DNA from: Octopus sinensis
Lineage: Eukaryota
NCBI RefSeq assembly: GCF_006345805.1
Contig: NC_043015.1
Coordinates: forward strand, 41,726,001-41,790,000
Reading direction: 5' to 3'
Length of the DNA: 64,000 bases
The position numbers and the translations under genes are program-made. Positions 23,115-36,382 of the stretch are shown here, one piece after another. The notes beneath the pieces were generated by a model. The model saw only the letters and a program-made list of their open reading frames with translations. It was not told where the DNA came from and did no database searches. Position 1 is the stretch's first letter. Every line of letters begins with the position of its first letter.

Positions 23115-24306
23115 AGAGAGAGAGAGAGAGAGAGAGAGGAGGAGGATATAGATAGAGAGGGAGGGAAAGAGAGAAAAAGACAGAGAGAGGGAAGAACAGG
23201 AGGAGATTGCTGGGGAAGAGGAAAGAGAGGAAGGAGAACGTTAATGGTTTAAAGAAGGAATGGAGCGATGAGATAATATGAGGGGGAGTTAAAAGAGAGA
23301 GAGAGGGAGGGGGAGGGGGTAAACAGTGATATAATAAGGTTAAATAAATATAAGAATTAAGAGAAGGGAGCGTGGATGAGATATAGAGAGGAGGAGTGTG
23401 AGTGATAGAGAGAAAGGCAGTGTTACAGAGAGAGAGGGGGAGAGCGTGTAAGTGTGTGCGTGTGAGTGGGAGTGAGACGGTTGAAAGAAGAAGAGGTGAA
23501 TGTAATGAGGGAGTGAGTGTAAATTAAATAGAGATAATGTAGATAAGGACAGAGGGAGGCTGATGAGAGAAATAGAAAGAAAGATGACGGTGAGTTTAGA
23601 TAATGGAAGGAAACAGACGACAGAAAGTCTGTCAGATAAAGCGAGAGAGAGGGGGAGGAGAGGCAAAGAAAAAGAAAGGGAGAGAGAGGGAGTAGCAATG
23701 GTTTATTGTAGATAGAATGTGAGAAGAATTGAGGGTGAGTGAATGAGGAGGAGAGGGAGAAAGAAAAGAAGATATTAGAGAGGGAGGAGCAATGTGATCG
23801 TGAGTTAGATAGAGACAGAGTGACAAAGAGAGGATAAGTAAGAGAAAGAGAGGAAGGTGACAGAGAGCAATGGATATTTTAGACAGGGTGAGGAAATGAG
23901 AGATAGAGAGAGAAAGAGACAGTGAGAGGATATGTTTGATAGATAGATTGATAGAGAAAGAGATAGATAGATAGTTAGATACAGAGAGGGAAAGGGAGAA
24001 GGAAAAAGAAATTAAGTTGAATAAAAAGAGAGGAGTTAAGTTATGTAAGAAGGGAGGAGGAGAGAATTAAGTTAGAAAAGTAGGAGGAATGTGAAAGTAA
24101 GTTAGAGAAAGAAAGATAGGAGGAGGAGGAAAGAGACAATGAGAGGGAGTATGAAAGAGAGAGATAATGAAAGGGTAGAGAAAAAGAGAAACAAGGATGA
24201 GAGAGAGAGAGAGAGATGAGAGGTTTAGATAAAGGGAAGGAGAGACAATGGAAGGGTGGATATAAAGTTTTATTGTAAGTTTGTATAAAGAAAGAGAGAG
24301 AGAGAT

Positions 24307-24358
<52 letters not shown>

Positions 24359-24625
24359 CAATGACAGAATGTTAGATAGAGAAAGAGAGATAGGGAGAGA
24401 GATAGTATGTTAGATAGACAAAGAGAGTGAATGAGTGAGTGAGTGAGTGAGAGAGATTAGGAAAGAGACAGACGAGAGAGAAGAGAGAGAGAGAGAGAAT
24501 GACAGAGAATGTTAGATAGAGAAAGGGAGATAGGGAGAGAGAGATAGTATGTTAGATAGACAAGAGAGTGAGTGAGTGAGTGAGTGAGTGAGAGAGAAAA
24601 AGAGGATGACAGAGTAGAGAGAGAG
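23115..24625. repeat. ~1.5-kb GA-rich polypurine low-complexity tract
   Basis: Plus strand is overwhelmingly G/A; contains a ~95-bp direct duplication (24361-24455 and 24499-24596). Confidence 0.9.
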
Positions 24626-25236
24626 GGCGAGAGAAGCAGAGAAAGAGTGATTTAAATAAAGGGAAAGAAAGAGATAGACATTGAGAGTGAGAGAGGGAGG
24701 GGGAAGAATGAGATTGATAGACAGATAGACAGAGGCAGAGGGAGGGGTAGAAAGAGAGACAAAGACAAAGAAAGAAAGAAAGAGAAATACAATGAAATCC
24801 TTATTCGAGTATTGAGTAATATATATCGATTACTAAGTTTGGTATGAGGTGTCACATTCTCTGTGGGGTGGTGATGGCGGTAGCGGTGGTGGTGGTGGTG
24901 GTGGTGGTGTTGGTGGTGGTGGTGGGTGTACAGAATGAGGTCAGTTGGTAGCTGATTGGAACGACAGACGGACGGATGGATGGACACGCATGCGGGCATG
25001 CATGGCAGGAGGAGAGGGAAACGTCCAAGTTGATGTCATCAATGATGATTTGAACTCAAAATATTAATATTTCTCATCTTACAGGTTTGGTGATGCAAGC
25101 AGGAAAAAATAGAACTCAAAATGGATATTATATATATATGTATGTATATATATATATATTATATATATATATATATAATATATATATATATATATACACC
25201 TACATATATATATATATAATATATATATATATATAT

Positions 25237-25279
<43 letters not shown>

Positions 25280-25304
25280 ATATATGTATATATATATACA
25301 TATT

Positions 25305-25355
<51 letters not shown>

Positions 25356-25469
25356 GTATATAGTATGTTATATATAGAATATACATGTATATATACATTA
25401 TATATATATAATAACAATATATATACATATATATATACATATATATATATATATGTATGTATATACCTT

Positions 25470-26147
25470 CCTTCTTGTGACACACTTGTGAAGACCTGTT
25501 GAGGCAAGTGAAAAATCAAATCAAACAAATCAAAATAGATGAACATCAATGAATTTGTATCTTTGTGGTACAGTGCCGGTGGCCGTGGCACATAAGAAAA
25601 CCATCCAACGTGGCAGTAGCCAGTACCGCATCGACGGGCCTCCGTGGCTGTGGGCACGTAACAAGCACCATCCGATCGTGGCCGTTTGCCACCTCATATC
25701 TGGCACCTGTCGGTGGCACATAAAAACACCATCCGAGCGTGGCCGTATGCCAGCCTCGTCTGGCACCGTTGTCGGTGGCACATAAAAACACCATCCGAGC
25801 GTGGCCGTCTGCAGCCTCGTCTGGCACCTGTGTCGGTGGCACATAAAAAACACCATCCGAGCGTGGCCGTCTGCCAGCCTCGTCTGCACCTGTGTGTCGG
25901 TGGCACATAAAAAACACCATCCGAGCGTGGCCGTTTGTCAGCCTCGTCTGGCACCTGTGTCGGTGGCACATAAATCACCCACTACACTCTCGGAGTGGTT
26001 GGCGTTAGGAAGGGCATCCAGCTGTAGAAACACTGCCAGATCTGACTGTACTGGTGCAGCTTTCGGGCTCCCCAGACCCCAGTTGAACGTCCAAACCCAT
26101 GCTAGCATGGAAGCGGACGTTAATGATGATGATGATGATGATGATGT
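25470..26147 (+). mobile_element. Family C element with expanded internal tandem array (~6 units of ~60 bp)
   Basis: Unit GTGGCACATAAAAACACCATCCGAGCGTGGCCGT.TGCCAGCCTCGTCTGGCACCTGTGTCG repeated over ~25585-25965, followed by the family C body and (GAT)n tail. Confidence 0.85.
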
Positions 26148-26232
26148 ATATATGTATATATATGATATATATGTATATATGTATGTATATATGTATATAT
26201 ATATATATATAATATAACATATATATATATAC

Positions 26233-26270
<38 letters not shown>

Positions 26271-26275
26271 ATGTA

Positions 26276-26307
<32 letters not shown>

Positions 26308-26481
26308 CAAACACACACACACATACATACATACATTTATCGATCATTTCGCAAGATTCCTGATGTGGAAACCGTGTGTTGAAACAGATGTTGTATTTCA
26401 GGATGGTCATTCTTTTTGTCAAATAAACACCCACGCTATATATTCATTCTTCACTCGTTTATTACTGTTCTTATTCTAACT

Positions 26482-26719
26482 CAGGGGTGGGCAAACTACG
26501 GCCCGCGGGCCGCATGCGGCCCGCCATAGGTTTTCATGCGGCCCGCCATAGGTTTTCATGCGGCCCGCCGAGAGCTTTTATGAATCCCAACTTCTATGCA
26601 GATACTTCGTAACTGTACGGTAATTCACAATATTTTCACTTGATTTTTATAAATGAGGCCCGCCAAGATTCTAAAGACGCACTGTGCGGCCCGCGATCAA
26701 AAAAGTTTGCCCACCCCTG
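26482..26719. mobile_element. hAT (Charlie/Buster-like) MITE, 238 bp
   Basis: TIRs CAGGGGTGGGCAAACT / AGTTTGCCCACCCCTG. Perfect 8-bp TSD TTCTAACT at 26474-26481 and 26720-26727, with the central TA typical of Buster/Charlie targets. Multiple GCGGCCCGC subterminal motifs. Confidence 0.93.
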
Positions 26720-26802
26720 TTCTAACTCATTCCCATTGTCCAGAAATCTTTCGTGCGTGTGTTTATTTGGCAAAAAACCAAAAAAATACGACCACCCAAA
26801 AT

Positions 26803-26844
<42 letters not shown>

Positions 26845-27124
26845 AATGAAAGATGGAAGATGGAATATACTAGAATTTGTTATTAATCGTGACAATTGTT
26901 TTGACACATCTAGCATTGATCCTTCATGGGTGGGACACTCAGCAAGTGGTTCAGGAGCATCCGGTGGTGCAGATGTATGTCATCGGTTGATAAATAAATA
27001 CAACTTGGTAAAGTAATAGTTCTGCAGAAAGCTGATTCATTTAAGAATTGTTTTCGGAATCACGTTGCCAGCTTTGAGACAATCAGTAAGAGACATTCAT
27101 CTTTAGCTGTTCTTACTATGGCTG

Positions 27125-27470
27125 AATTACTTCCTGGAAAGTTCCGATGTGAATTACTTCCTGGTAAGTTCCAAGGACGGGAGGAATTATGTGCTGGAGG
27201 ATAAGAGTTAGAGGAAAAATTCAGAGGATTTACTGGAAAGTTCCAGAGTTGAGACAATCTGGAAAATTCCGAGGATGAAAGTTCCTGGAAAATTCCAAGG
27301 GATTCTTGGAAAGTTCCGAGGGTGAGAGACTTCCCGGAAAGTTCCGATGATTTCCTGGAAAGTTTTGCGGACTTTCTGGAACGTGCTGAGGATGAGAGAC
27401 ATCCTGCAAAGTTCCGAGTATGAGACTTCCTGGAAAATTCCAAGGATTTCCTGGAAAGTCCTGAGGATGT
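27125..27470 (+). repeat. Degenerate minisatellite built on TTCCTGGAAAGTTCC
   Basis: About 14 variant copies of the core. Related arrays at 34650-34890 (+) and 36685-36825 (-). Confidence 0.85.
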
Positions 27471-27689
27471 ACACATGTGCACTTAATAAATGAGCTGTGA
27501 TGTCAATGGTACCAAGCTGTATTAGCCCTTGCCTTTCCCTTGGATAACATTGGTGGTGTGGAGAAGGGAGGCTGGTATGCATGGGCGACTGCTGGTCTTC
27601 CACAAACAATCCAGACTTGTGCCTTGGAGTGTAACTTTCTAGGTGTAATCGCATGGTCACTCATGACTGAAAGGGATCACACACACACG

Positions 27690-27878
27690 TAAAAATCACC
27701 CACTACACTCTCGGAGTGGTTGGTGTTAGGAAGAGCATCCAGCTGTAGAAACCTTGCCAGATCAGATTAGACCTTGGTGCAACCGTTGGCTTTCCAGCCC
27801 TCAGTCAAACCGTCCAAGCCATGCCAGCATGGAAAAACGGACGTTGAACGATAATGATGACGACGACGACGATGATGA

Positions 27879-27912
<34 letters not shown>

Positions 27913-28033
27913 GGTGGTGGTGGTGGTGGTGATGATGATGATGATGATGATGGTGGTGATGATGATGATGATGATGGTGGTGATGATGATGATGATGATG
28001 ATGATGATGACGATGACGATTACGATGATGATG

Positions 28034-28101
<68 letters not shown>
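27690..28101 (+). mobile_element. Family C 3' part running into an expanded (GAT/GGT/GAC)n tail
   Basis: CCCACTACACTCTCGGAGTGG...CCATGCCAGCATGGAAAAACGGACGTTGAACGATAATGATG..., with the triplet tract at 27853-28101. Confidence 0.8.
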
Positions 28102-28392
28102 ACATACTGCGCCGTGGTATGCTACAACTCACCAGAAAAGAGTAAAAGGGAAGGAAAAAGTGGTAATGAATCAGGTAAAAGACAGCATTAAGGAGCAAAG
28201 GGTGCATCGGTACCCCAGGAATTGGCAAAGATCAGGAATTTTGGTAAGACACAGTGTTTTGGCAATGAACAAGCAAAACAACTGGTTTAGTCTGTGCTTT
28301 CGCAATTCTGAGTACAAAACACACATCCTCATGTGTATATGTGTATGTGTATGTATGTATGTATAAGTGAGTGTGTGTAAATATATATATTA

Positions 28393-28479
<87 letters not shown>

Positions 28480-29119
28480 TACATATATATATATATAATA
28501 TATATAATATATATATATATATAATTAAATAAGGGTAGAAATTGATATTAACCAATAAAACCAGTGGCCTAGCATATTTAACTTTGGTTTTTTGCTGAGT
28601 TTTTTTCTTGAGAACACATTTTTCGTGGAAAATAGCAATTTTGACGTCTATATCTAGCATATAGACTGTCCATTTTTAGTGGTCCATCCTTTAAATTTTG
28701 TATATAATATATATAGTCAGTTAGGGGTTATGGGTGCAACCCACTAAGGGATAGTATTTATCCAATATACTGTTGGTAAAGTACCCAAATTCTTAATACA
28801 TAAATGTTTAATTGCAATGCAATTAACTTATTTATTGTATTAAACGGGTGAAGGTAAAGAAATATTTTTACCTTAACTTTATAATACAAATAAGAAAATG
28901 GAGAAACAAATTTGGTTTGTTCATCAACTTTTGGATATTAGAATGTTGGATTATTTATTCATTTAACAAAATGAGAACCTTAATAGCATACATATATACC
29001 TTATAATTCAATACATATAAGATAAGAATACAAATTATATATATATATCTATCTATATATATATAATAATAATAAGGGTAAATAATTTCTATAATGGTTT
29101 TTAAAAAAATTCGGTATAT

Positions 29120-29160
<41 letters not shown>

Positions 29161-29689
29161 CATCACCGTCGTCATCATTTAATGTCCATTTCTATGGGTT
29201 GGATGGGTAGTCAGAACACTGCACCAAACTTTGTTGGTTGTTTTGGCATGGTTACATATATGTAAATATAAATGTATACATATAAATATATATGCATGTG
29301 TGTGTGTATATATGTATGTATATGTGTGTGTGTGTATATATATATACATACGCACACATACATACACACCCACATACACTCATGCACACACATACACACG
29401 GACATATGTATATGCATTCATATCATTCTCACCTGTAAAGAATCTCTTAATGAAATGTGTTCTTGTTGCTGTTATTAATGATGCAATTACCAATTTTAAA
29501 TCTCGTCTACGGAAATGTGTAAATCACACCCTCTCTACTATCGTATTATATTCTACTCTTCAAATTTCCATTAGCAGCAGCCAGTATATTATTAATATAC
29601 GTGTGAATGTACACACGCACACACACACACACACGTATGTATTTATATGTGTGTGTGTGTGATGATGATATATATATATATATATATAT

Positions 29690-29937
29690 GATGCATAAAA
29701 AGCACCATTTGACCGTGGCCGTTGCCAGCTTCGTCTGGTCTCTGTGCCGGTTGCACGTAAAAAGCACCCACTACACTCATGGAGTGGTTGGCATTAGGAA
29801 GGGCATCCAGCTGTTAAAACACTACCAGATCAGACTGGAGCCTGGTGCAGCCTTCTGGCTTCCCAGACCCCAGTTGAACCATCCAACTCATGCTAGAATG
29901 GAAAGCAGACATTAAATGATGATGATGATGATGATGA
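29690..29937 (+). mobile_element. Family C copy (2 internal units)
   Basis: Matches 13480-13805. Confidence 0.8.
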
Positions 29938-30177
29938 TATATATATATATATATATACATACATTGGCCTGCTCGCTTAACCAGCGGAGTGGCGTCCTTT
30001 GAAGGCTAAAACAATGCGAAGCGCATTGTGACCAGCGATGTGTAGCGACATCTGATACCCTGGTCGGTCATGGTGATCACGGTGATATATACATACATAT
30101 ATATATCCACACACATACACACACACACACACACACACATATTGACATGTGTACATACATACAGACATACACACATA

Positions 30178-30930
30178 CTAGGTTTTGAAACAGCTGCTTG
30201 ACCATTCTGATGCCAGTGTGATATACCTTGACTTTGCAAAAGCATTTGATAAGGTAGATCATGGCATGATAAGCCATAAGATACGTGACCTTGGCATTGC
30301 TGGTAAACTGGGAAAGTGGCTGCATGACTTCCTTAAACACAGAAATCAGGAAGTTGCAGCCAACGGTTCCCTTTCTGAGGAAACTCAAATCCTAAGTGGC
30401 GTTCCACAGGGAACTGTTCAGGGGCCATTACTGTTCATAATAGCCCTCTTAGATATGCCCACAGTCACTTGGACAGCCACTGTCACTAGCTATGCCGATG
30501 ATACAAAATACCACAGGCAATAAAAAATCAAGATGATGTCACAAGCTTACAGTGGGACCTAAATTCAATATACAAGTGGGCCAAAATAAACAACATGCAG
30601 TTTAATGCTGGAAAATTTCAAGCGCTGCACTATCAACTCATGACTACAGTACAGCCTGCATATACAGGACCCGAAGGCACTATGATCCCAGAGTCACAGT
30701 CAGTGAAAGACTTGGGAATCAGTATGTGCAATGACGCATTTATATGCACATTAGCAAGATGGCAGCAAAGTGTAGACAACTGGCAGGATGGATACTGAGG
30801 TCCTTCAAGACAAGGGACCAAGAAACTATGTTGACCCTGTGGAGAACTTTTGTTCTCAGCTGCCTGGACCACTGCTCTTAGTTATGATCCCCACATAGTG
30901 ACAAACTAACAGCAGGGTTTGAAGCAGAGT
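30178..30930 (+). mobile_element. CR1/L2-group LINE reverse-transcriptase fragment (frameshifted)
   Basis: ORF 30185-30523 has YLDFAKAFDKVDH, GVPQG..GPLLF and YADDTK motifs. It continues in another frame as WAKINNMQFNAGKFQ...VKDLGI. Confidence 0.92.
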
Positions 30931-31551
30931 TTGAATTAGTTTGGGATCTAAAAGACCACAATGAACAATTTAATTTAGATTGGTTGATTCTGTCAATCTC
31001 AATACCTTATGACAAAGGCAAGGAATTCTGTCTTCTCTGTAATTCTGAACAATTTTTTATTCTTTTTTTCTAAAAATCCCCTAGTAAACACGGTTATAGA
31101 GCGTGCATACCAATGTAAACATTGGCAGAAACACACCTTTAGTCGATATAAGTGATATCTATCATTATATATAATTTAAACGTTAATTTTCTTCTTACAT
31201 TTCACATTCACTAGATATATATTTTTCCTAGTCTATATAGTTTTATTTAATATACATATAGTCATGTGTGTTTGTGTGTTTGTGTGTGTTCACAGGTGTG
31301 TGTATGTATATATATGTAGCTATAGATTGGTAGATATTCATATAAATGTATAGATATGTATATATGAATTTTTTAGGTTGCCTCCCCCACCAACCAGAAT
31401 TAGGGAATCAGATTACCTAATTATTATTCTCATTATAGAGGATATAATATTAATTAATAAAAATCTAGGTTTAATACATCAAGAATATAATACATAACAC
31501 ACACACAACACACACACACATATATATATATGTATGTATGTATATTTCTTG

Positions 31552-31618
<67 letters not shown>

Positions 31619-32146
31619 ATATACCACACCACCACAACAACACACCAACATATACATCACCTACATATATGCATATACACTATCAAATGCATGCACAACA
31701 CACACACCACACAACACACACTTGCATATATTTGCATATATATTTATATATGAATTGGCTGGTTCTTAGAAGATTCTTCGAAAGGAGAAGATCTAAAGTC
31801 GTAACGTGAGACGCAAGACTCTCCTGAAATACGGAAATATCTGGCCATTATCTAATCAGTTATTAAAACTTAATTAAAACCCGGAATTAGCATCCAAGGC
31901 ACCGTGATGTAATATATTCAAAACCTATTCCTCACTCCATACTTATGTAAACAGGCGTCTCATCTCTCTCTCTCTCTCTCTCCTCTCTCCTCCAGCTGTG
32001 TTATATAAAATGAAAACACATCAAAAACAGGATGAATGAGGAATTTGGTCTTTGCTTCAAAACGTTTGGCTCTCGAACCTGGAATTCTGAGTATAGCACC
32101 AACACGGTAGTACCAAATGTTTTTTTTAATTATTAAATAAATATAT

Positions 32147-32566
32147 ATAGGTGCAAGAGTGGCTGTGTGGTAAGTAGCTTGCTAACCAACCACATGGTTC
32201 CGGGTTCAGTCCCACTGCGTGGCACCTTGGGCAAGTGTCTTCTGCTATAGCCCCGGGCCGACCAATGCCTTGTGAGTGGATTTGGTAGACGGAAACTGAA
32301 AGAAGCCTGTCGTATATATGTGTATATATATATATGTATGTGCGTGTATGTATTTGTGTGTTTGTGTTTGTCCCCCTAGCATTGCTTGACAACCAATGCT
32401 GTTGTGTTTACGTCCCTGTCACTTAGCGGTTCGGCAAAAGAGACCGATAGAATAAGTACTGGGCTTACAAAGAATAAGTCCCGGGGTCGATTTGCTCGAC
32501 TAAAGGCGGTGCTCCAGCATGGCCGCAGTCAAATGACTGAAACAAGTAAAAGAGTAAAAGAGTAAA
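32147..32566 (+). mobile_element. SINE family A copy, full length
   Basis: Head to (GAGTAAAA)n tail. Confidence 0.9.
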
Positions 32567-32789
32567 TATATTTGTTTGTTTTAAATTATTGCTGTCTGTG
32601 TTATTGCGTATTCAGTTACATATTGAGATAAAATTGGGGTAACGGAAAAAATAGTTTGTGGTTAATTAATATAATTAATAAAATTATCTTCTTGAAGGAA
32701 CATAGATTTCAAAAGCTTAGTCTTTGGGGAAATTAATTTGACCCTTTTAATAATCCTTTCTACTATAGGCACATAGCCTGAAATTAGCA

Positions 32790-33770
32790 GGGAGGAGTTA
32801 AGATGATTACCTTGACCCCAGTACTCACCTGGTACTTAATTTATTGACCCCTGAAAGAATGAAAGGCAAAGTCAACCATGTCATAATTTGAACTTAGAAT
32901 GTAAAGACAGGCGAAATACCTATTTCTTTACTACCCACAAGGGGCTAAACAGAGAGGGGACAAACAAGGACAGACATACAGATTAAGTCGATTACATTGA
33001 CCCCAGTGTGTAACTGGTGCTTAATGTATCGACCCCGAAAGGATGAAAGGCAAAGTCGACCTCAGTGGAATTTGAAATCAGAACGCAGTGACGGACGAAA
33101 TACCACAAAGCATTTCGCCCAGCGTGCTAACGACTCTGCCAGCTCGCCGCCTTAATAATAATAATATTTATTTCTTTATTGCTCACAGGGGTATAAACAT
33201 AGAAGAGACAAAGAAGGACAGTCAAAGAGATTAAGTCGATTGCATCAACTCCAGTGCGTAACTGGTACTTAATTTATTGACCCCGAAAGGATGAAAGGCA
33301 AAGTCAATCTCGACAGAATTTGAACTCAGAACATAAAGACAGACGAAATACCTATTTCTTTACTACCCACAAGGGGCTAAACACAGAAGGGACAAACAAG
33401 GACAGATAAATGGATTAAGTCGATTATATCGACCCCAGTGCGTAACTGGTACTTAATTTATAGACCCCGAAAGGATGAAAGGCAAAGTTGACCTCGACAG
33501 AATTTGAACTCAGAACATAAAGACAGACGAAATACCTATTTCTTTACTACCCACAAGGGACTAAAACACAGAGAGGACAAACAAGGACAGACAAATGGAT
33601 TAAGTCGATTATATCGACTCCAGTGCATAACTGGTACTTATTTAATCGACCTTGAAACGATGAAAGGTAAAGTTGACTCAGCAGAATTTGAACTCAGAAC
33701 GTAATGGCAGATGAAATACCGCTAAGTATTTCATCCGGTGTGCTAACGATTCTGCCAGCTCATCACCTTA
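32790..33770 (-). mobile_element. Tandem array of ~5 SINE family B units
   Basis: Repeated blocks ...TTTCTTTACTACCCACAAGGGGCTAAACAC...GAAAGGCAAAGT...GAACTCAGAAC...GACGAAATACC. Confidence 0.88.
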
Positions 33771-33899
33771 CTCGACCCATTTAATAATGACTTACTTGAG
33801 ACCATTCCTAGTTCTTTCATGCAAAATTCATGTTTTAAAACCTTCTATCAAAATTTCTCATTAATTTATGCTCCAAACATTAGCTTCATAACAGTTTCA

Positions 33900-34105
33900 A
33901 ATTTTGGCACAGGGCCAGCAATTTCAAGGGTGGAGGGTAAGTCGGTTATATCGAACCCAGTGTGTAACCGGTACTTATTTTAATGACCTATAACAGGATG
34001 AAAGGCAAAATCGACCGTGGCGGAATTTAAACTCAGAACATAAAGACATTGAAATGCCGCCAAGCATTTTGCTCAGCATCCAAAGATTCTGTCAGTTTGC
34101 TGCCA
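33900..34105 (-). mobile_element. SINE family B, diverged
   Basis: Core and head recognisable. Confidence 0.7.
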
Positions 34106-34183
34106 AATGCTTATTTAATTCTTCCTTATTTTCAAAAATTATCTGAAATGTAAGCTATATATTTCAACTAAAATATGGTAAAA

Positions 34184-34520
34184 TAGGCGCCGGAGTGGCT
34201 GTGTGGTAAGTAGCTTACTTACCAACCACATGGTTCCGGGTTCATTCCCACTGCGTGGCACCTTGGGCAAGTGTCTTCTACTATAGCCTCGGGCCGACCA
34301 AAGCCTTGTGAGTGGATTTGGTAGATGGAAACTGGAAGAAGCCTGTCGTATATATGTATATATATATAAGTGTGTCTGTGTTTGTGTGTATGAGTTTGTC
34401 CCCCCACCATTGCTTGACAACTGATGCTGGTGTGTTTACGTCCCTATAACTTAGCGGTTCAGCAAAAGATATTGATAGAATAAATACTAGGCTTACAAAG
34501 TAAAAGAGAGTTAAAAAAAA
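34184..34520 (+). mobile_element. SINE family A, 3'-truncated
   Basis: ATAGGCGCCGGAGTGGCTGTGTGG...GGCTTACAAAG. Confidence 0.85.
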
Positions 34521-34649
34521 GGGGTCGATTCTTTTGATACCAAATCCACCTGGAACCACTCCTGATTCTATAATGAAAATTTTCTGCTAAAAGTCATCTA
34601 ATTTAATACTTTTCAGTCAGATTGGAATGAAAAAGGGGAGGAGGGAGAA

Positions 34650-34890
34650 GCATTACTTCCTGGAAAGTTCCAAGGAGGGGGAGGAATGACTTCCAGGTAG
34701 GGGAGGAAGTGGAGGAATTACTACCAGGAAAGTTCCGAGGAGGGGGAGGAAGGACGAATTACTTCCAGGAAAGTTCCAAGGAGGGAGAGGTACTTTCTGG
34801 AAAGTCCCGAGGAGGGGAAGGAAGGGGAGGAATTACTTCCTGGTAAGTTCAGAGGTGGGGGAGGAATTACTGCTGAGTAAATTCAGAGGG
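34650..34890 (+). repeat. GAATTACTTCCTGGAAAGTTCC(GAGG)n minisatellite
   Basis: About 7 variant units separated by G/A-rich spacers. Confidence 0.8.
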
Positions 34891-35637
34891 ATGGTGGTGG
34901 TGGTGGTGATAACTATTATGATGTTGGTAGTGGTGGTGGTGGTGATGGTGGTGGTGATAATGAGGATGGCATTGGTGGCGATGGTGGTGGAGGTGGTGGC
35001 TATGATGATGATGGATGTAGTGATGGTTGTGGTGGTAGTGGCGGCGGCAGTGATGATGATGATGATGATAATGATTATGGTATTAATAACTGGGGGTATC
35101 GGGCATTGACACGGGCTACACATTTTGATGGAGAGATTTAAAAGCAATTAAACGTAACCCAGAACAAGCCTCCCCCATCGCCCCCCACCCCCTGCCACTT
35201 GGGACGATGGAAAACAAAATTCGACTCCAACAAGACTTCAATTGAGAATGTAACTAAATACTCCAAGACAATTTTGTCTGCTGTTCTACCGTTTGTGTCA
35301 TGCGGTTGCCTTACTTTTTTGGATATACAATACCAAGCTAAGAAAGTTGGTTCCTGCTTCTATGTGGTTCCTTAACAGGCTAGAAATAACAGCCAGAAAA
35401 AAATCACCTTGTCACACCCTGTAAAGTATATAAAGAAAATATAATGGAAAAGCAAAAAAAAAGCTGAAAAGAAAACGGAAGACTGCATTAACAAACCCTT
35501 TTTTAAATAATTAACCCTTTTATTTAACCCTTTTTGTTGCGAAATTTCTTCTGAAATACATTGCCTTTTGTTTCAATTAATTTTGGAAATATAAAAAAAA
35601 TTTAGTGAAATAACCATCATTGTTAAAATGGTGTAAA

Positions 35638-36240
35638 GGCAGTGAGTTGGCAGAATGGTTAGCACGCCGGGCGAAATGCGTAGCCGTATTTCGTCTGCTG
35701 CTACGTTCTGAGTTCAAATTCCGCCGAGGTCTACTTTGCCTTTCATCCTTTCGAGGTCGATAAATTAAGTACCAGTTATGCACTGGAGTCGATGTAATCG
35801 ACTTAATCCATTTGTCTGTCCTTGTTTGTCCCCTCTGTGTTTAGCCCCTTGTGGGTAGTAAAGAAACAGGTATTTTGTGTGCCGCTACGTCCTGAGTTCA
35901 AATTCTGCCGAGGTCGACTTTGTCTTTCATCCTTTCGGGGTCGGTGAATTAAGTACCAGTTATGCACTGGGGTCAATGTAATCGACTTGATCCGTTTGTC
36001 TGTCCTTGTTTGTCCCCTCTAAGTTTAGCCCCTTGTGGGTAGTAAAGAAACAGAATGGTTAGCACACCATGCGAAATGCTTCGCAATGTTTTATCCATCT
36101 TTATGTTCTGAGTTCAAATTCCACCGAGGGTGACTTTACCTTTCATCTTTTCAGGATCGATAAATTAAGTACCAGTTGAATACTGGGATCAATGTGATTG
36201 ACTTACCCCCTTCACCAAAATTCCTGGGTCTATGCCTATA
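35638..36240 (+). mobile_element. Tandem array of three SINE family B units
   Basis: Head at 35638, then restarts at ~35865 and ~36050. Confidence 0.88.
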
Positions 36241-36382
36241 GTAAAAAGGGTTAATGAATTGGTGTTTGAAACATGAATTAACAGGAAATCTTGATTGAAG
36301 GTTTTTTTTCTCCATTTACAAAATGAGAATTTTGTATCATGGAACTGACATACTAACATTTCCATCAACCTCGGGCAGATTG

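Noticed and set aside
25585-25965. CRISPR-like regularly spaced repeats
   Set aside because: The spacers are copies of one another, there are no cas genes, the context is eukaryotic, and the array is the internal module of SINE-like family C.
26895-26985. Possible exon IDPSWVGHSASGSGASGGAD with GTATGT donor and a GHSxxG hydrolase-like motif
   Set aside because: Two frames are equally open, the motif is non-canonical, and there are no neighbouring compatible exons.
28100-28320. THAP-like fragments (YCAVVCYN..., HRYPRN..W..LC) in two frames
   Set aside because: The motifs are split across frames with poor spacing; too weak to call.
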